A DNA stretch of 64,000 nucleotides from the human T2T-CHM13v2.0 reference genome, Homo sapiens (GCF_009914755.1 NC_060940.1); one strand, 5' to 3'. Numbered from the stretch's first letter, positions 1 through 18,245 are shown. The notes: generated from the sequence alone by a model not told the origin. Made by a program: numbers and translations.

Positions 1-320
1 ACAGCATGCGAGGTCACAGACAGACAGGCATCACCTGTACCTCTTTCCCCAGTGCAAGAGAAAGAAACAGCCTCTGATCAGACCACAGGCATAGGCAGGT
101 GACAAACCCCGCCAGGAGCCCAGCTGTGCTTCTGCTGAAATCCGCAGGCTTCCAGGCTAATCATCTACCCAATGCATCAGCAGAGGGAGCTCTAGGTAGT
201 AAATAACATTCCTCTGACTGCAGAGTTTCCTGTAAAAAAAATCTGGAGACAGCAAAGGAAAGCGAGGTCCTATGTGGAGAGGGCACCTACCATGTGTGCA
301 GAAGAAAATCACACCAATTT

Positions 321-475
321 GCAAGAGTAGGGTGTTGGGGCAGGAGTGGGAGATGGGAAAGAGAGAAGAAAATCAGAAAGCACCACATTGCTTAAGAGAT
401 GATCTGAATTTGTTTTGTCTCAGCACTTTGACCTTCTAAGGACTCACAGCCTCTATGCTACCCTTGCAAGGCTCT
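321..475 (+). repeat. Non-TE ~155 bp segment, copy 1 of a local direct duplication
   Basis: Near-identical to 2173-2329 (shared gaagaaaatcagaaagcaccacattgcttaagagatgatctga...ggactcacagcctct). Confidence 0.9.
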
Positions 476-551
476 GATGTTTGAAAAGGGGACGCAGTCC
501 AAGTCTCAGACTACACTGGCAGACATTTTTTTTCTTTAAATGTTGATTGTG

Positions 552-823
552 GGCTGGGCGTGGTGGCTCATGCCTTGTAATTTCAGCAGTTTGGGAGGCC
601 GAGGCAGGTGGATCGCTTGAGGCCAGGAGTTTGAGACCAGCCTGGCCAACATGACGAAACCCCATCTCTACTAAAATGACAAAAATTAGCCGGGGATGAT
701 GGTGCATGCCTGTAGTCCCAGATACTTGGAAGGTGGTGGTCACAATGAGCCAAGATTGTGCCACTGCACTCCAGCCTGGGCGACAAAGCAAGACTCCATC
801 TTAAAAAAAAAAAAAAAAAAAAA
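552..823 (+). mobile_element. Alu (AluS-like), internal deletion in right arm
   Basis: Alu head, A-rich linker, polyA, TSD aa(t)gttgatt. Confidence 0.95.
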
Positions 824-984
824 GTTGATTATATGTGTTATGGGTGCCTAATCTAACCCCTGGGGCCATAGGCTTATTTATGACTGTGGCAATGACAAGG
901 ATGACAATGATGACGATGACGGCAATAAGAGCGAACATTTATTGAGCACTTACTAGGTGCCAAGCCGTATATTGAGGACTTCAA

Positions 985-1610
985 CAAATCATATTCACCA
1001 AATATTTGTTGAGAATTGATTCAATACTTAGGACAGTGTTCATGCCAGGGATTCATGGGAATTCATCCACGGATAAGACACAGAAAGTCCCTCCTGTCAT
1101 CAAGCTTGCATTCTAAGGAGGCAGACAGGTCAAGACAAACAAATATATAAACAAGTAATATCAGAGAGTGATAAGTGCTATGAAAAAAATAAAAAGAGGC
1201 TGAGCATGGTGGCTCACGCCTATAATCCCAGCACTTTGGGAGGCTGAGGCGAGGCGGGAGGATTGCTTGAGTCCAGGACTTTGAGACCAGCTTGGGCAAC
1301 ATAGCCAGACCTCTTTTCTACAAAGAAAAATAATTTAAAAATTAGGGGTGGTAGTGCTCACCTGTAGTCCTAGCTACTTGATTCTTTGTGCCCAGAAGTT
1401 CAAGACTACAGTGAGCTAGATTGCACCACTGCACTCCAGCCTGGGTGTCAGATAAAGACCCTGTCTCAAAAAAAAAAAAAAAAAAAAAAAAGAAAGAAAG
1501 AAAAAGAAAAGGAAGCTGACTTGCTAGAGTGACTAAAATAGGACAAGGGGAAACAGGCTGGTCAGGGCAGACCTTACCCAGACAATGACACTGGAGTGTT
1601 GATAACCTTC
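985..1610 (-). mobile_element. L2 3' fragment interrupted by Alu
   Basis: attcaccaaatatttgttgag...caagcttgcattctaagg resembles the reverse L2 3' end. Confidence 0.65.
1198..1510 (+). mobile_element. AluJ
   Basis: ggaggattgcttgagtccagga (J-type), polyA/GAAA tail. Confidence 0.93.
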
Positions 1611-2172
1611 TCAAGAAATGTGACTGTTTAACAACTCTTACTCCATTTATGCATCAAGCATCATCTACTGACTGAACAAATAACTGTAGATCCATTTTTC
1701 AAATGTGTGATATATAAATGATGCTAAATTCATTGTCATTCTTTGGGCATTTTGGATTTTCTTAAAGTGATTAGTAATAACTATTTGCATGGTCATGATG
1801 GGAGCTATGGAATGGGTTAGGAAAAAGTTCACCAAAAAAGAAAAGAGTTAAAAATATCCATCTCACCAAAGAAGAATTGAGAGCAACTAATGTATTAGAT
1901 CTCAAATATTTTTGGTCCAAATACTTTTTTAATTTCTTAACTTTACCCTCCTCACCCCTCTCAAAGGTTCTGTATGCCACAGATGTTTCTATTTAGCCCC
2001 TGTATCTTTAAGTCGGCAGGCTGAGCCCCGTAGTCCCCAAATCACCTCTCCCATCTTGTTTGTAGCTTCTTCTCTGCACCCCAATGTCAACCCATCCTGC
2101 ACCTATTGCTATTTCTCTCTGTGTCTCTCAAATCTCTTTTACCTGAACCCCTAAGAATTCTATTCCACAAGG

Positions 2173-2329
2173 GCTAAGTGTACGGTGTTGGGGGCGGGAG
2201 TGGGAGATGGGGAGGAGGGAAGAAAATCAGAAAGCACCACATTGCTTAAGAGATGATCTGACTTTGTTTTGTCCCAGCACTTTGACCTTCTGAGGACTCA
2301 CAGCCTCTGTGCTTCCCTTACAAGGCTCT
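2173..2329 (+). repeat. Copy 2 of 321-475, flanked by ~40 bp direct repeats (2133-2172 / 2327-2366)
   Basis: ctaagaa(t/c)tctattccacaagg occurs on both sides. Confidence 0.9.
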
Positions 2330-2399
2330 CCTTGCACCTGCCCTCTAAGAACTCTATTCCACAAGGAAAACAGAAGTTCACTGGAAGCCTGTTTGATAT

Positions 2400-3170
<771 letters not shown>

Positions 3171-3883
3171 GTCTCTATAGCTGGTACGATGACGTGTCTG
3201 ATAGAATGAAACAGTCTAACTGAAAGAAGCTCAGGGATAGAGGTGGGATTTGGGAAGAGCTGGAACCAGGGACCCAAACACAGAAGTCACCCGCTTTATC
3301 TCTTGCTCTGCTTCCTTCTGCCTGCTTGATTAATTCTCCCTCCTGGCAGAACAATGCTGTCCACATGGTAAGAAGCATAACTGCCACAGCTCCTGAGTGC
3401 CACACTGTACAGCCTCCATAAAGGGACAGGTTCTCCCTCTAAGGCCATGAGCCGCAAGCGGGTCCTCAATGCTGTCTCATTCGCTGCATTTTGCTGGTCT
3501 TGTCACTCTCCCAGGCATGAAGCCACCAGCTCTCTCTCCCCTCCTGCCTCTGACTTTCCTCCTTCCCCACTTGCCTGAGGACCTTGCTTCCCAGGTTGAC
3601 AAGGGAGGGGGAAGGAAGCTTCCCACCAAGCTCCTGCCATTTAATTTCCCCACTTTTCTACATCGGTGTCGCGGACTGTTTTTGTGAATGAACTTTCTAG
3701 GCTCCAGGTCGAGACCCACTCCTCCATCTGCCAAAGAGACCCCACCTTGTCTTACCTATCTGCGGACATCACTCCAACACTTCCATTTTCTCCTTCCTTT
3801 ATCATCAGTTCTTCCTCCCGAGAGCAGCATTTCCTCTAGCATTTGAATTCCCTGGTATTTCTCTGGTTAAAAACAAAAGTTCT

Positions 3884-4200
3884 GACCAGGCGTGGTGGCT
3901 CATGCCTGTAATCACGCACTTTGGGAGGCTGAGGCGGGCGGATCACCTGAGGTCAGGAATTTGACACCAGCCTGATCAACGTGGTGAAACCCTGTCTCTA
4001 CTAAAAATACAAAATTAGCTGGGCATGGTGGCACATGCCTGTAATCCCAGCTACTTGGGAGGCTGAGGCAGGAGAACTGCTTGAACCTAGGAGGCGGAGG
4101 TTGCGGTGAGCTGAGATTCGGCTGAGCTGAGATTGCACCATTGCACTCCAGCCTGGGCAACAAAAGCGAAACTCCATCTCAAAAACCATAAAATAAAAAA
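3884..4200 (+). mobile_element. Alu (AluSp/Sq-like)
   Basis: Full dimer; internal 16 bp duplication tgagctgagatt(cggc). Confidence 0.95.
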
Positions 4201-4338
4201 TGTTCTCTCCTGGCCCCACAGCCCTCTATAGCTTCGATCTCGTGTTTCTCTTTCTTTTGCAGGAAAACTCCTCAAAAGCATTGTCTAGCTCACCGTATCT
4301 CCAATTCTTCCCTTTCCATCTTCTCCTAAGCCCTTCTA

Positions 4339-4360
4339 ACACACACACACACACACACAC
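4339..4360. repeat. (AC)n microsatellite
   Basis: Direct reading. Confidence 0.9.
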
Positions 4361-4765
4361 GCTACTCTTAAGCTCATCAGTGACCTCATTACCAGATTCA
4401 ATAGTTACTTAGCCTAATGCAACAAAGGTCACAGTTGTCCCTTCCTTCCTCCTTATTTATTTCTTTGGCTTCCAGGATGCTGCTCTCTGGGTTCGCTCCT
4501 ATCTCACAGCTGTTCCTTCTCAGCCTCTTTGGTTAATCCCTTCTCTTCCAGCTGTCCTCTCCCCTTCCTTACCCCAATTTTCTGTGCTGGCTTTTCCCAG
4601 GCTTTAATTCCATAGCTTTTCTTCTCCACCATCCAGATGCATGGCTATAAAGAAATCCTCTAATTCACATGTTTATATTTCCAGCCTGTACTCCTCCCCA
4701 AACTCCAAGTTCATGCACTCAGTTGCTCACCCAGCATCGCCACTTGGATGTCTAATAGACATCTC

Positions 4766-5911
<1,146 letters not shown>

Positions 5912-7126
5912 GTATTAAACTTATCATATCCAAAATGGAATTCTTGAACTTCCTTCCCAGCTCATGCCACCAAAAGCTTTTCCATATCAAGAGCTTTCAG
6001 TCATCACAGCTCCTGTCTTTTGCTCGTAATACGCACCCAATTCATCAGCAAATCCTGTTGGCTTCATGTTCAAAATATTTCCCAAATCAGATTACATCTC
6101 ACTGTCCCCATGGCCATCACTTAGGTCCAAGCCACATTGTCTCTCCCTTGATTCCGCAGTCACCTCCTAATTCACAGCCCTGCCTCCAACCTTGCTCTGT
6201 TCTCTCCACAGCAGCCAGAGAAAACCTGATTAAACTTAGCTGCAGTGTTGTCATTCATTAGTTAACAGCAACATCAAGGGGATCCTCATTTCTCTTAGAA
6301 ATAAAGCCAGTGTTCCTATAAGAGCCTGCATGGCCCCCACCATCCAGCCCCCAGCATCTCTCTCACCTGCACAAGCTATTTTCCTGCCCTTTCCTCACAC
6401 CCTTCCATCACCCTGGTTTCCTTTCAGTTTCTTAAATACGCCAGGCAGGTGCTCACCTGGCGGCATTGCCCTGGTTTTTCATTATGTCTGGAATGCTGTG
6501 CACCCAGATATCTGCCTGTCTCCCTCCCTTACCTTGTCTCCCTGCCTTTTTCAAGCTTCTGAAGAAGGTGTCATCTTCTAGTTACAGTAGTTAGCTAGTC
6601 AGACATGAACAGGGCAGGAGAGGGCTCCTCCCCCACCACTAGGAATGTCAGGCAACCATGGTCAGGCAGCTGTTAACTGTCTCTCTAAAATAATAATTGG
6701 TTGCAGTCAGCACCAGGGAAAGGCAGTTTCCCAATGAACAGAAATACCTGAAACTGGTGATCAGCAGCTTCCCGATAAGATCTCAAGAGTTGGGCAAGTA
6801 GGTTCAAGCATGCACACTAAGAGGCAAAATGGCAGAGTTTAACTGGTATATGACCTCCTGGGGACATCTGACTGGTAAGGGAAGAACGCTTTAACTGAGC
6901 ATGCGTACAACTCCAGGAAGCACACTCAGCATGCTTCTCTTCAGGCCACTGCTCCAGGTAACATCCTGCCCCAAGGGAAGAATCAGGGGAGAAGGGACGC
7001 AAGACCCCAGAAGCATGCCAGTGTATGACCCCAAGTCAAAGGTCAAACAGCGCACTTTATCTCTCAAGTCGCCTGCTTGGTCCTCTTCCAAGTATACCGT
7101 TTTTTGTTTCATTCCTGCTCTAACGC

Positions 7127-7744
<618 letters not shown>

Positions 7745-8257
7745 TCTAACACTTTTTAATAAACTTTCACTGCTGCTCTGAAACTTGCCTCAGTCTCTCC
7801 TTCTGCCTTATGCCCCTCAGTTGAATCCTTTCTTCCGTGGAGGCAAGAATTGAGGTTGCTGCAGACCCGTATGAATTCATCGCCAGTAACATTCTCATTT
7901 AAGCCTTTCCCAACTATCGCAGTGGAATCACAGTGCCTCAGCCAGCACCCCCAATTGCCTTGACTTTGTTTTATTGGTCTCCGAGCACTGACCACCTTGT
8001 TCACTTATTCTATTTATTGTTGTCTGTCTGTCTGACCCCATTAGATTATAAAGCCCATGAGGGCAAGGTTTTGTCTGCTTTGCTTACTGCTTAGTGCTTG
8101 GCACATGGTAAGAGCTTGATTAATGTTTGTTGATGAATTGAAGTTGAAGTCAGAGTCCAAAGACATTGCAGAAAACAGCATTGATTATCCTGCCTCACCT
8201 GGGGCGCAATGACTGGAGTTACAGGAAAGGGGTCACATAAGAAGACAGAGAAGGATC

Positions 8258-8930
<673 letters not shown>

Positions 8931-10276
8931 GAAGAAGAAATGAGAACCTATGTTAACCATGTAATGAAAAAGCCACTGGCAAGAAGGGGAGACACCAACT
9001 GTGCTGTTGATGTCGGAGGCAGGGCAACAGTGGGGGAACAAGACCCTGGACCCAAACCACTTGGGTTTGAATCTCCCATGTACTTCTTACTAACTCTGGT
9101 GTGTTGGAGAGATTGTTTCATTTTCTCCTTTCTTTTTCATCTGCAAAACTGGGGGAACACGGTACTCTCCTCCTGCGATTGTCAGGGGGCTTAAATATAT
9201 GAATTAATGTTAAAAAGCACTCGAAGTAGCACTCAGCACATAGTAACATCAAATACAAGATCTGAAAACTGTTAGAAAAACAATGAGAACTTGATAAAAG
9301 AAATACATATATATTTGAAGAAATCAATATGCTTCTTTTCCATAGCAGGTAGATAAATAGAAAGAAAAATCAGTAAGGACATAGAGAAATTGCACACTGC
9401 AACCTACAAACTCAATTTAATAGATACATAGAGAAACACTTACCTTAACAGAAAGTAAATATTATCTTCTAATATCCACGGAATCTGTCATATACCTAAA
9501 CATAAAGTAAACCTCAACAAATAAAATAAAAAAGATTTTTCTCAAGCCAGATTCTCCCTAATCATAATCCAATATTATAAATATTTTATTTTATTTGTTT
9601 TAATAACTTAAAAAGTGAGAAACACCACCCTAGATAATGGAATTTAATCTTTTTTAGAAGAGCAATAAATAAGAGAATATCACAAAATCAACAGAATACA
9701 ACAAAAGCTATAGTCAGAGGAAAATTAATAGACTGCAAAACCTTCATTATAAAGAATGACTAATAAGACAATGAAGAAATGTATGAGCCCAGAGGTTACA
9801 ATAAGAAAATAAAAGAAATTCTCCATAAAAAATAATAATGACAGAAACTGAATGTAATGAAATGGAAAGCACAAACAACAGCAGAAAGTAAAAAATCAAC
9901 TCAAAAACTCATTTTTTGAAACACCAGATTAAACCCCTGGCAAGTCTGATTTAGAAAAAAAATAAATAAATAAAAATAAAAGTATAGCTATGTAAAAAAG
10001 AAAACTTAGCCAAAATCACAGAAGTAAAGGAAAATTGAAGAGAATATCACGTGCAATTCTATGCCAATACATTTGATAACCTGGATTAAGTGGCTAATTT
10101 CTTGGGAAAAAAATAAACATTAAAAATGGCCCAAGACAAGGCAGAAAACTTGGAGAAACCGATGACCAGAAAGAGATGGAAAATTTACCAGATCAGAGAG
10201 GTTCAAAGCTGAGTTGTATATAACCTTATGTGTAATAAAAAGGATTGCTCCAATGTTACTTATTCCAAGTTGTACA

Positions 10277-10860
10277 CAGTTGTTCTCAGACTTGACTGCA
10301 TGGTGGAGTCACCCAGTGAGATTTTTAAAACTAATGATGTCCAAATCCCACCCCAAGAAATATCTATTCAACTGGTGTGGGCTGTGCCAGCTATCAGCAT
10401 CTTGAAACAGTTCTCCAGGTGATACAAATGTGCAAGCCAAATGTTAAATCAAGTGTAGCCTAAAGCTGTCTTCTTATGTATTCAAGTTTGGCCTAAAGGT
10501 TTTTCTGTATCTGCTGAACTATAGCAAGTGGAGGTGTAAACAGACCATAGCCTCCGCTTGTGACAATCACTGAGTTTTGGCCAATCAAATGTAGCCAACT
10601 GTTTGAACCATGTTCAAATAAGGCAAACACGAGCTGTAACCAATCCAGCTGTTTCTGTACCTCACTTCCATCTTCTGTACATCACTTGTCTTTTTCTGTC
10701 CACAAACCTTCTTCCATCCCCTGGCTGTGCTGGAGTCTCTGAGCCTACCCTGGCTGGGAAGGCTGCCCAATTCACCAGTCGTTCATGGATCAATTAAACT
10801 CCTTTAAATTTAATTTGCCTGAAGTTTTTCCTTTATCACAAGGTTGCTAGCCCCTGCCAT
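10277..10860. mobile_element. MER5A-like hAT element interrupted by an LTR
   Basis: cagttgttctcagacttgactgcat...tccaggtgatacaaatgtgca. Confidence 0.6.
10442..10838 (+). mobile_element. ERV1 solo LTR (MER57-like)
   Basis: tgttaaatcaagtgtagcctaaagctg...ggcctaaaggtttttctgta...gaagtttttcctttatca. Confidence 0.8.
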
Positions 10861-11368
10861 AGAAAGGAATGCAGAGCTTTTCAATTAAAAAACAAAAACA
10901 AAAAACAAAACAAAAAAACCCCTCAGTTCTGGTAAAGATAGCACCAGGAAAGAAAACTATAAGTTAACTTTACTTATGAAAAAAAATGAATCTTTTGAAT
11001 AAACTACCAGCATCAAAGGAATAATGTGTTATGACCAAGCAGTTTATTCCAGGAATTTAAGTCTGGGTTGAATCAGGTAAGGTATCAACATAATCCACCA
11101 GTTCCATTACTCTGTTAAAGATGAAGCTGAGAAACCATTTGATTACACTTGGGAGTCATTCTTAAGAAATCACCAAGTAAACCATTAATAGAAGGAAATT
11201 AAGTATAATGCAGGCTAACGAACAAAAAATTACTCAAAATGGCAAAAATTAAATCTTAATGCATTTAAAAGTTCTTGTAAATGCATTAAGATAAGAAAAC
11301 AAAATAATCTGTAAGTATTGCAAAAGAAAAACTAAAACTCTCTTTTTGCTGTTGGTTTGCTTGTATAC

Positions 11369-12371
11369 TATATTAGAGTTCTACATAGATACCAAACCAA
11401 TAGGATATAAATATAGATAGATATGGATACAGATATATGAGATGGGGCTTTATTAGCGGCATTAGCTCCGATGATAATGGAGGCTAAGTCTCAGGACAGG
11501 CTGTCTGTAGGCCGGAAAGCCTAGGATGCCAGTAGCCTGGCTCCATTCAAGTCCAAAGCCTCAGTGTCAGAAAAGCCAGTGGTGTAACTCAGTCCAAGGT
11601 CAAAGGCCTGAAATGAAAGGGGCATTGAGTAAGTCGTGAAGTCCCAAGGCCAGACACCCTGGAGTTCTGATGTTGAAGGGCAGGAGGAAAGTGGCCCACC
11701 TCCATGAGAGAGAGAGAGGAGAGGAGGTATATTAGTCTGTTCTCATGCTGCTAATAATGACATACCTGAGACTGAGTAATTTATAAAGGAAAGAAAGGAA
11801 AGGGGTTTAATGGATTCACAGTTCCACATGGCCGGGGAGGCCTCACTATCATGGTGAAGGCAAGGAAGGGCAAATCACGTCTTACACAGCAGCAGGCAAG
11901 AAAGAGCTTGTGCAGGGGAACTCCAATTTATAAAAGCATCATATTTCATGGACTTATTCACTACCATGAGAACAGTATGGGGGACACCACCCCCATGATT
12001 CAATTATCTCCACCTGGCCCCACCCTTGACACATCTGGATTATTACAATTCTAGGTGAGATTTGGTTGGGGACACAGCCAAACCATATCAGAAGGAGAGG
12101 AGGAGAGTGTTACCTTCTCCAGGAGAGACTGTCCGTTTCTCCAATAAAAGGAGAGGAAATTCTTTCCTTTCTCATATTTTGTTCCACCTGTGCTCCCCAC
12201 TGATTGGATGGTGCCTGCACACTTGGAGGGTAGATCCTCCCCAATGAATCTACTGACTCACATGCCAGCCTCCTCTGGAAGCACCTTCATAGACATTCCA
12301 AAAGCAATGCTTTATCAGTTCTCTAGGCCTTCCTTAATCCATTCAAGGGTAACCTAAAATTTATCATGACA
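11369..12371 (-). mobile_element. ERVL LTR (MLT2B-like) with nested THE1
   Basis: tattagagttct...aaccaatagga...ggatgccagtagcctggctc...ccttaatcca. Confidence 0.75.
11728..12090 (-). mobile_element. THE1 MaLR LTR
   Basis: tattagtctgttctcatgctgctaataa...ggggacacagccaaaccatatca. Confidence 0.92.
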
Positions 12372-13122
12372 TATGCTAAAGAAACCTAATAGACTCTAGT
12401 AAAAAACAAACGAACAAACAAAAACCCTACTACAATCAATAAGAATTTGTAAAGGAACTGGAAACAGTAGAATTATACAAATATTAATAACCTTTCTCTA
12501 TACCAGCAGTAAGAACCTTGAAATAGATATGGCAGGAAATTAGATGGAAAAATATTCTAGTTACAATAGCATGAACTATAAAATAACTTGGGACCACTTA
12601 AGAAAAAAGACTTGGGAATTATAGGAAAACTATTTGTAAAGTAATGCCCAAAAATCTCATTGAATTTCATAAAACACGATCCACACAAACGAAAATAAAT
12701 GCTAAGTCTTGCATGGGCAAGTTGATATAAAATATAAATCTTACAAAAATCAATAAAATTAACTTCAAGTTCCAATATCAATAAAATATCAACAGCTTGC
12801 TTTTAATGGTGGGTGGAGGGGAAAAGGGAGATTGGATTAAACGAATGGAGGAAGGAATACACTTGAATGACCAAATGGAAATAAATACAAACATACACTC
12901 ATATATGTATACAAGGCAGACATATACTTGCCTTAACATATATCAGAATATACCATAAAGTCAACTATAAACAAATAAATATGCTGCTAGTTTAGAAATA
13001 AATAGATCAATATAACAGAACTCAAAGACAATATTTGAATCTGGTAGGGAAATATGGTTTATTTGAAGTATGTTGCTAGCCCAACTGATTTTCCACTGGA
13101 AGAAAATAATGTCGGACTCCTA

Positions 13123-13500
<378 letters not shown>

Positions 13501-13559
13501 TTAATGTAAATAAAACAACAATGGGGTTTTTTATTTTAAAAAATAAAAATATTTGGTTT

Positions 13560-14305
<746 letters not shown>

Positions 14306-14519
14306 AAAAAACAATGAAGAATTCAGAGGTGATAGAAAACAAAAAGCAGCACTTTTGGAATATACTATGAAAGGAGGTAGTGGAGGTTATGAGAGGCGTC
14401 AGAAAGAAGACAATTTTGAACAACGTGAGCCCTATCAACTGAGGAAGCATGAGAAAGATGTGTAGCATAGTGGACCTGTGCTAAGATGTATAGCATAGTG
14501 TAGTGTAGCACAGTGGAGA

Positions 14520-14850
14520 CTGGACTACCATTCAGCAAAGTAAAGGAATGAAGTACTGATTCACACCACTATGTGGCAAGTCTTTAAAACATCATTATGC
14601 TCAGGAGAGAAGCCAGACACAAAAGGACCACATGCTGTATGATTTTATTTATATGAAATGTCCGGAAAAGGCAAACCTATTGAGGCAGAAAGTAGATTAA
14701 TGGTTGCCATGGGTACGTTGTTTGTTTTGGGGGTGATGGAAATGACCTAAATAAAATTAGGTTGTGGTAATGGTTGCATAACTCTATAAATACACTAAAG
14801 CAGGTGAGTTTTATGGTATGTAAATTATATCTCAATAAAGCCATGAAAAT
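14520..14850 (+). mobile_element. L1MB/MC/ME 3' end
   Basis: gaagccagacacaaaaggaccaca...taaattatatctcaataaagc. Confidence 0.8.
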
Positions 14851-15059
14851 ATTAATGCCACTACAGTTACATTTATTAACTATGCAAAGCATAGGATGTC
14901 CTATTCCACCAAGAGTATCAAGTACAGATTTTGTGTGTTTGTGTGTGAATGGGTACATACCATTTCAAATAGGTCAATTGTCAAAAATTGAAATGCGAGA
15001 TCAGTAAACTGCCATCACCTAAAACTTCAAAGGGGCATGTGACTAGCTTAGCAAAGGTA

Positions 15060-15255
15060 CACATGGCGATGAAACATGCCAGCTCTGGGGGCAGACCACG
15101 CTGGGTTCAAATCTCAGTTCCAAAACTTACTCCTTGTGTGGCACATGGCCTCAGTTTCCCTATCTGTAAAATGGAGAGAGGGTTGTTGTGAGAATGAAGT
15201 GAAGTGATGTGTGTCAATAACAGATAATCCTTAGCACAGAGTAGGACCTCAACAA
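15060..15255 (+). mobile_element. MIR
   Basis: cctcagtttccctatctgtaaaatgg core. Confidence 0.8.
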
Positions 15256-15839
15256 AACTGATGGTGGTAGTGGTGGTGGTAGTGATTAGGATTAGAGTAG
15301 AGAAAGGATCAGAGGAGTCTTATGAGATGTATTTATTTGTATTCATTATTACCTTTTATTTATATGGATATATTTGCATATATGGACATTTTACTTTAAA
15401 ATTCACAGTATTATCCATGGTAAGTTGTCATGTAAAAGTTCCAAAATTGTTAGAGAGACAGAAAATTGCTGGCTATTGCCAAAGTCATTTATATACTGGG
15501 AGGAAAATAGGTGCTATCTTTAAACTTTCTCATCAGTATACCTAGGATGCGGCGGGGGAAGAGGACTCCATTCCATTTGTGGTGTTGGAATCGCACCGCC
15601 CCCCACCCACAACGGTTCCTTTTACAGGCAGTGGAAACAGCTCTGAAAAGCTTGCTTTGGGAGGGACACCCAGCATGCTGAGATGTCACAGTGGTGCTCA
15701 AGGAAGCTATCATTCATACTGCTATAATCTAACACAGTGATGGGGTTCTGGGTCAGATAAGACACTGCTAATTTTTTAGGCCAAAGAAAGAGATGTATTT
15801 TTCTGTAGGCTGTTATGTGTTTGTTTAAAAATCATGTCA

Positions 15840-16060
15840 TTCCAGCCTGGGCAACCTAACAAGACCCAGTCTCTCCAAAAAAAAAAAAAAAATAGCTGAG
15901 CTAACAAGTACATCTGTTGCCCCATCTGTTCAGGAGGCTGAGGCAGGAGGATTGCTAGAGCCTAGGAGGTTGAGGCTGTAGTGAGCCATGATTGCACCAC
16001 TGTACTCCAGCCTGGGCAACAGAAAGAAACCCTGTCTCAATCAATCAATCAATCAATAAA
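15840..16060 (+). mobile_element. AluJ, 5'-truncated
   Basis: Starts at ccagcctgggcaac; (AATC)n tail. Confidence 0.9.
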
Positions 16061-16064
16061 ACAT

Positions 16065-16640
16065 AGAAAGAACTGTTTGGGGCTGCTGGAAATGATATAT
16101 AACCTTGGTTTGGGTGGTGGTACACTGGTGTATACATGTGTAAAAATCAGCTGAGCTCTATACTTAAGTTGCATATACTTTATATATTTTATATTTCAGA
16201 AACAGAGAAAGATCAGAATCTAATTCAAGGAAACATTCCTGTACACACAAAAATAGTCATCATATCTTATATGCAAAGATAGTCATCATAGCATCTTTGC
16301 AATAGCAAAACATCTGAAACAATCTAACTTTCAACAATATTGTCTAATGGTTAAGTAAATTATGGCATATCCACTAATTAGAATATTTATATAACTAAAA
16401 TGTTCATGAAGAGTTTGCAAAAACATGGAGAAATGCCATGTCATCAAGTTAAACAAAAAAAATCAGGAGCTAAACTCCTTATATGTGATATGTAAACATA
16501 ATTATATTAAAATATGCATAAAAATGATGACAGAAATGCCCCAGGCTTTAATACTGACCATTTTTCAGTGGTGAAACTATGGAGGATTTTCCTTTCTTCT
16601 TTCAAATTTTCTGCACTTATAATAAATAAATTTGGTTTTC
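16065..16640 (+). mobile_element. L1ME-type 3' fragments
   Basis: ggggctgctggaaatgat...taaattatggcatatccacta. Confidence 0.6.
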
Positions 16641-17065
16641 ATAATTGCATAAACATAACTAATACTTTTAAGTTTACAATAGCAAAAAGCAAACATTGGA
16701 CCAGGAATCAATCTTGCAGTGATTAACAGCATGGGATGCTTGCAGCTGCAGACTTGGTGTCAGATGCTGGTCTTTTTGCTTTAAAAGGGCAGTCATTACT
16801 ATGGCTAAAACCAATTTCGTAAGGAGATCACCATCAGGCTTGGCATTACAGCTCTGTTGAAGCCTCCTGACATACAGTTTTGAGATGCGCCTCCTGGTCA
16901 GAAAATAGTCGGCTATGTCCTACCAATTAAGGATTTCTCCTTCATCACCAGAATAAGCTCTTCGGATAACTTATACTTCCAAGCAGTTTCTGTGCAGCCA
17001 GCACTGGATAAAAATGCTATCACCAATGGAGTTTGAATCTCCCAAGATGACAATATATCCATATA

Positions 17066-17369
17066 TAGTCATCCTCGGTGTCTGTGGGGGATTGGTTCCG
17101 GCCCCCTCCCTCCAATACTAAAATCTACAGGTGCTCACACCCCTTATATAAAATGCCATAGTATCTGCATGTAACTTAGGTACATCTGCCAGTATACTTT
17201 AAATCATCTCTAGATTACTTATGATACTTAATACAATATTAATGCTATGTAAATAGTTGTTATACTGTATTTTTTCACTTGCATTATTTTTTGTTATATT
17301 GTTATATATTTTTCCTGAATATTTTTGATTTGTGGTTGGTTGAATCTACGGATGTAGAACCCAAGGATA
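17066..17369. mobile_element. MER2 (Tigger-derived MITE)
   Basis: tagtcatcctcggtgtctgtgggggattggttcc...tttaaatcatctctagattactta...ggttggttgaatc. Confidence 0.88.
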
Positions 17370-17954
17370 GTTCTAGAGAAGGCTCCTTTGTACCTAAATT
17401 TGGAGCATTCCAAGTATCCTCCAAAGCCTTCTACTACTAAAGGAAGATACACATTTTTGGGAGGAGGAACTTGGAGGAATTTGGGCTTGATCTTTGAACA
17501 AGATTGTCTGATGAAGACACAGATGATAGCAGCATTAAATATCCTCACTGCATTTATCCTTTAGTCAGCCATTTATTAAATATTTATTGAGAAGCAGAGC
17601 TTGCACTAAACTCCATTATTTTTAAGCTTACACTAGGGGTTGGCAAATAACTTTCATCCTGTATGCCTAATTTGATGGGTTGATAGTGGTGCTCTCAAAT
17701 GCTCTCCTGGAAAAGATTCTGGGACAGGGTCCAAACTCAAGTGAAAAGAGCAATGATCGATTAGTAATGTCTCCCATTCTTGCAGAAAGGGAAATGGTGG
17801 TATATATGCCATGCTGGCCGGATATTTTTCTGCCAGGTTAATGACTGTCACTTAAGCCTTGACACACACTCTCTTTCCTTACAAGTTAAAGGAACCAAAC
17901 TTCTATCCAAGTTAACATCACTGGAGAAGCACTAACAGAGGGGGAAATAGAGAC

Positions 17955-18150
17955 ATGTTTGTTAGCAATCTACTACATTCTAGACCTTGCAGAGTTCTCT
18001 TTACATATACTGAGTCATGTCATTTTTAGGATATCCCTTCAAGGTAAGCATCCTTATCTCCTTTTTACAGATAAGGACCTAGGCGAAGAGAAGCAAAATA
18101 ACTTTTTGAAGTCTCACAATCAGACACAGCAGAATCACTCTTCCATCCAA
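17955..18150 (-). mobile_element. MIR
   Basis: ctttttacagataagga reverse core. Confidence 0.6.
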
Positions 18151-18245
18151 TGAGAAACCCAGGCTTGATATGGAACCAAGTAAGATAAGACAGTGTCCCC
18201 TTCTTTTCAGAAGGTTATAAAATTAATTCTACAAATTTTTGATAA

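Noticed and set aside
16730-17050. Resemblance to bornavirus/Mononegavirales L protein (LAAAD, FRKE..PP) or a minus-strand endonuclease motif (IVILGDSN)
   Set aside because: Motif spacing is inconsistent; the + strand L2 RT reading explains many more motifs in order.
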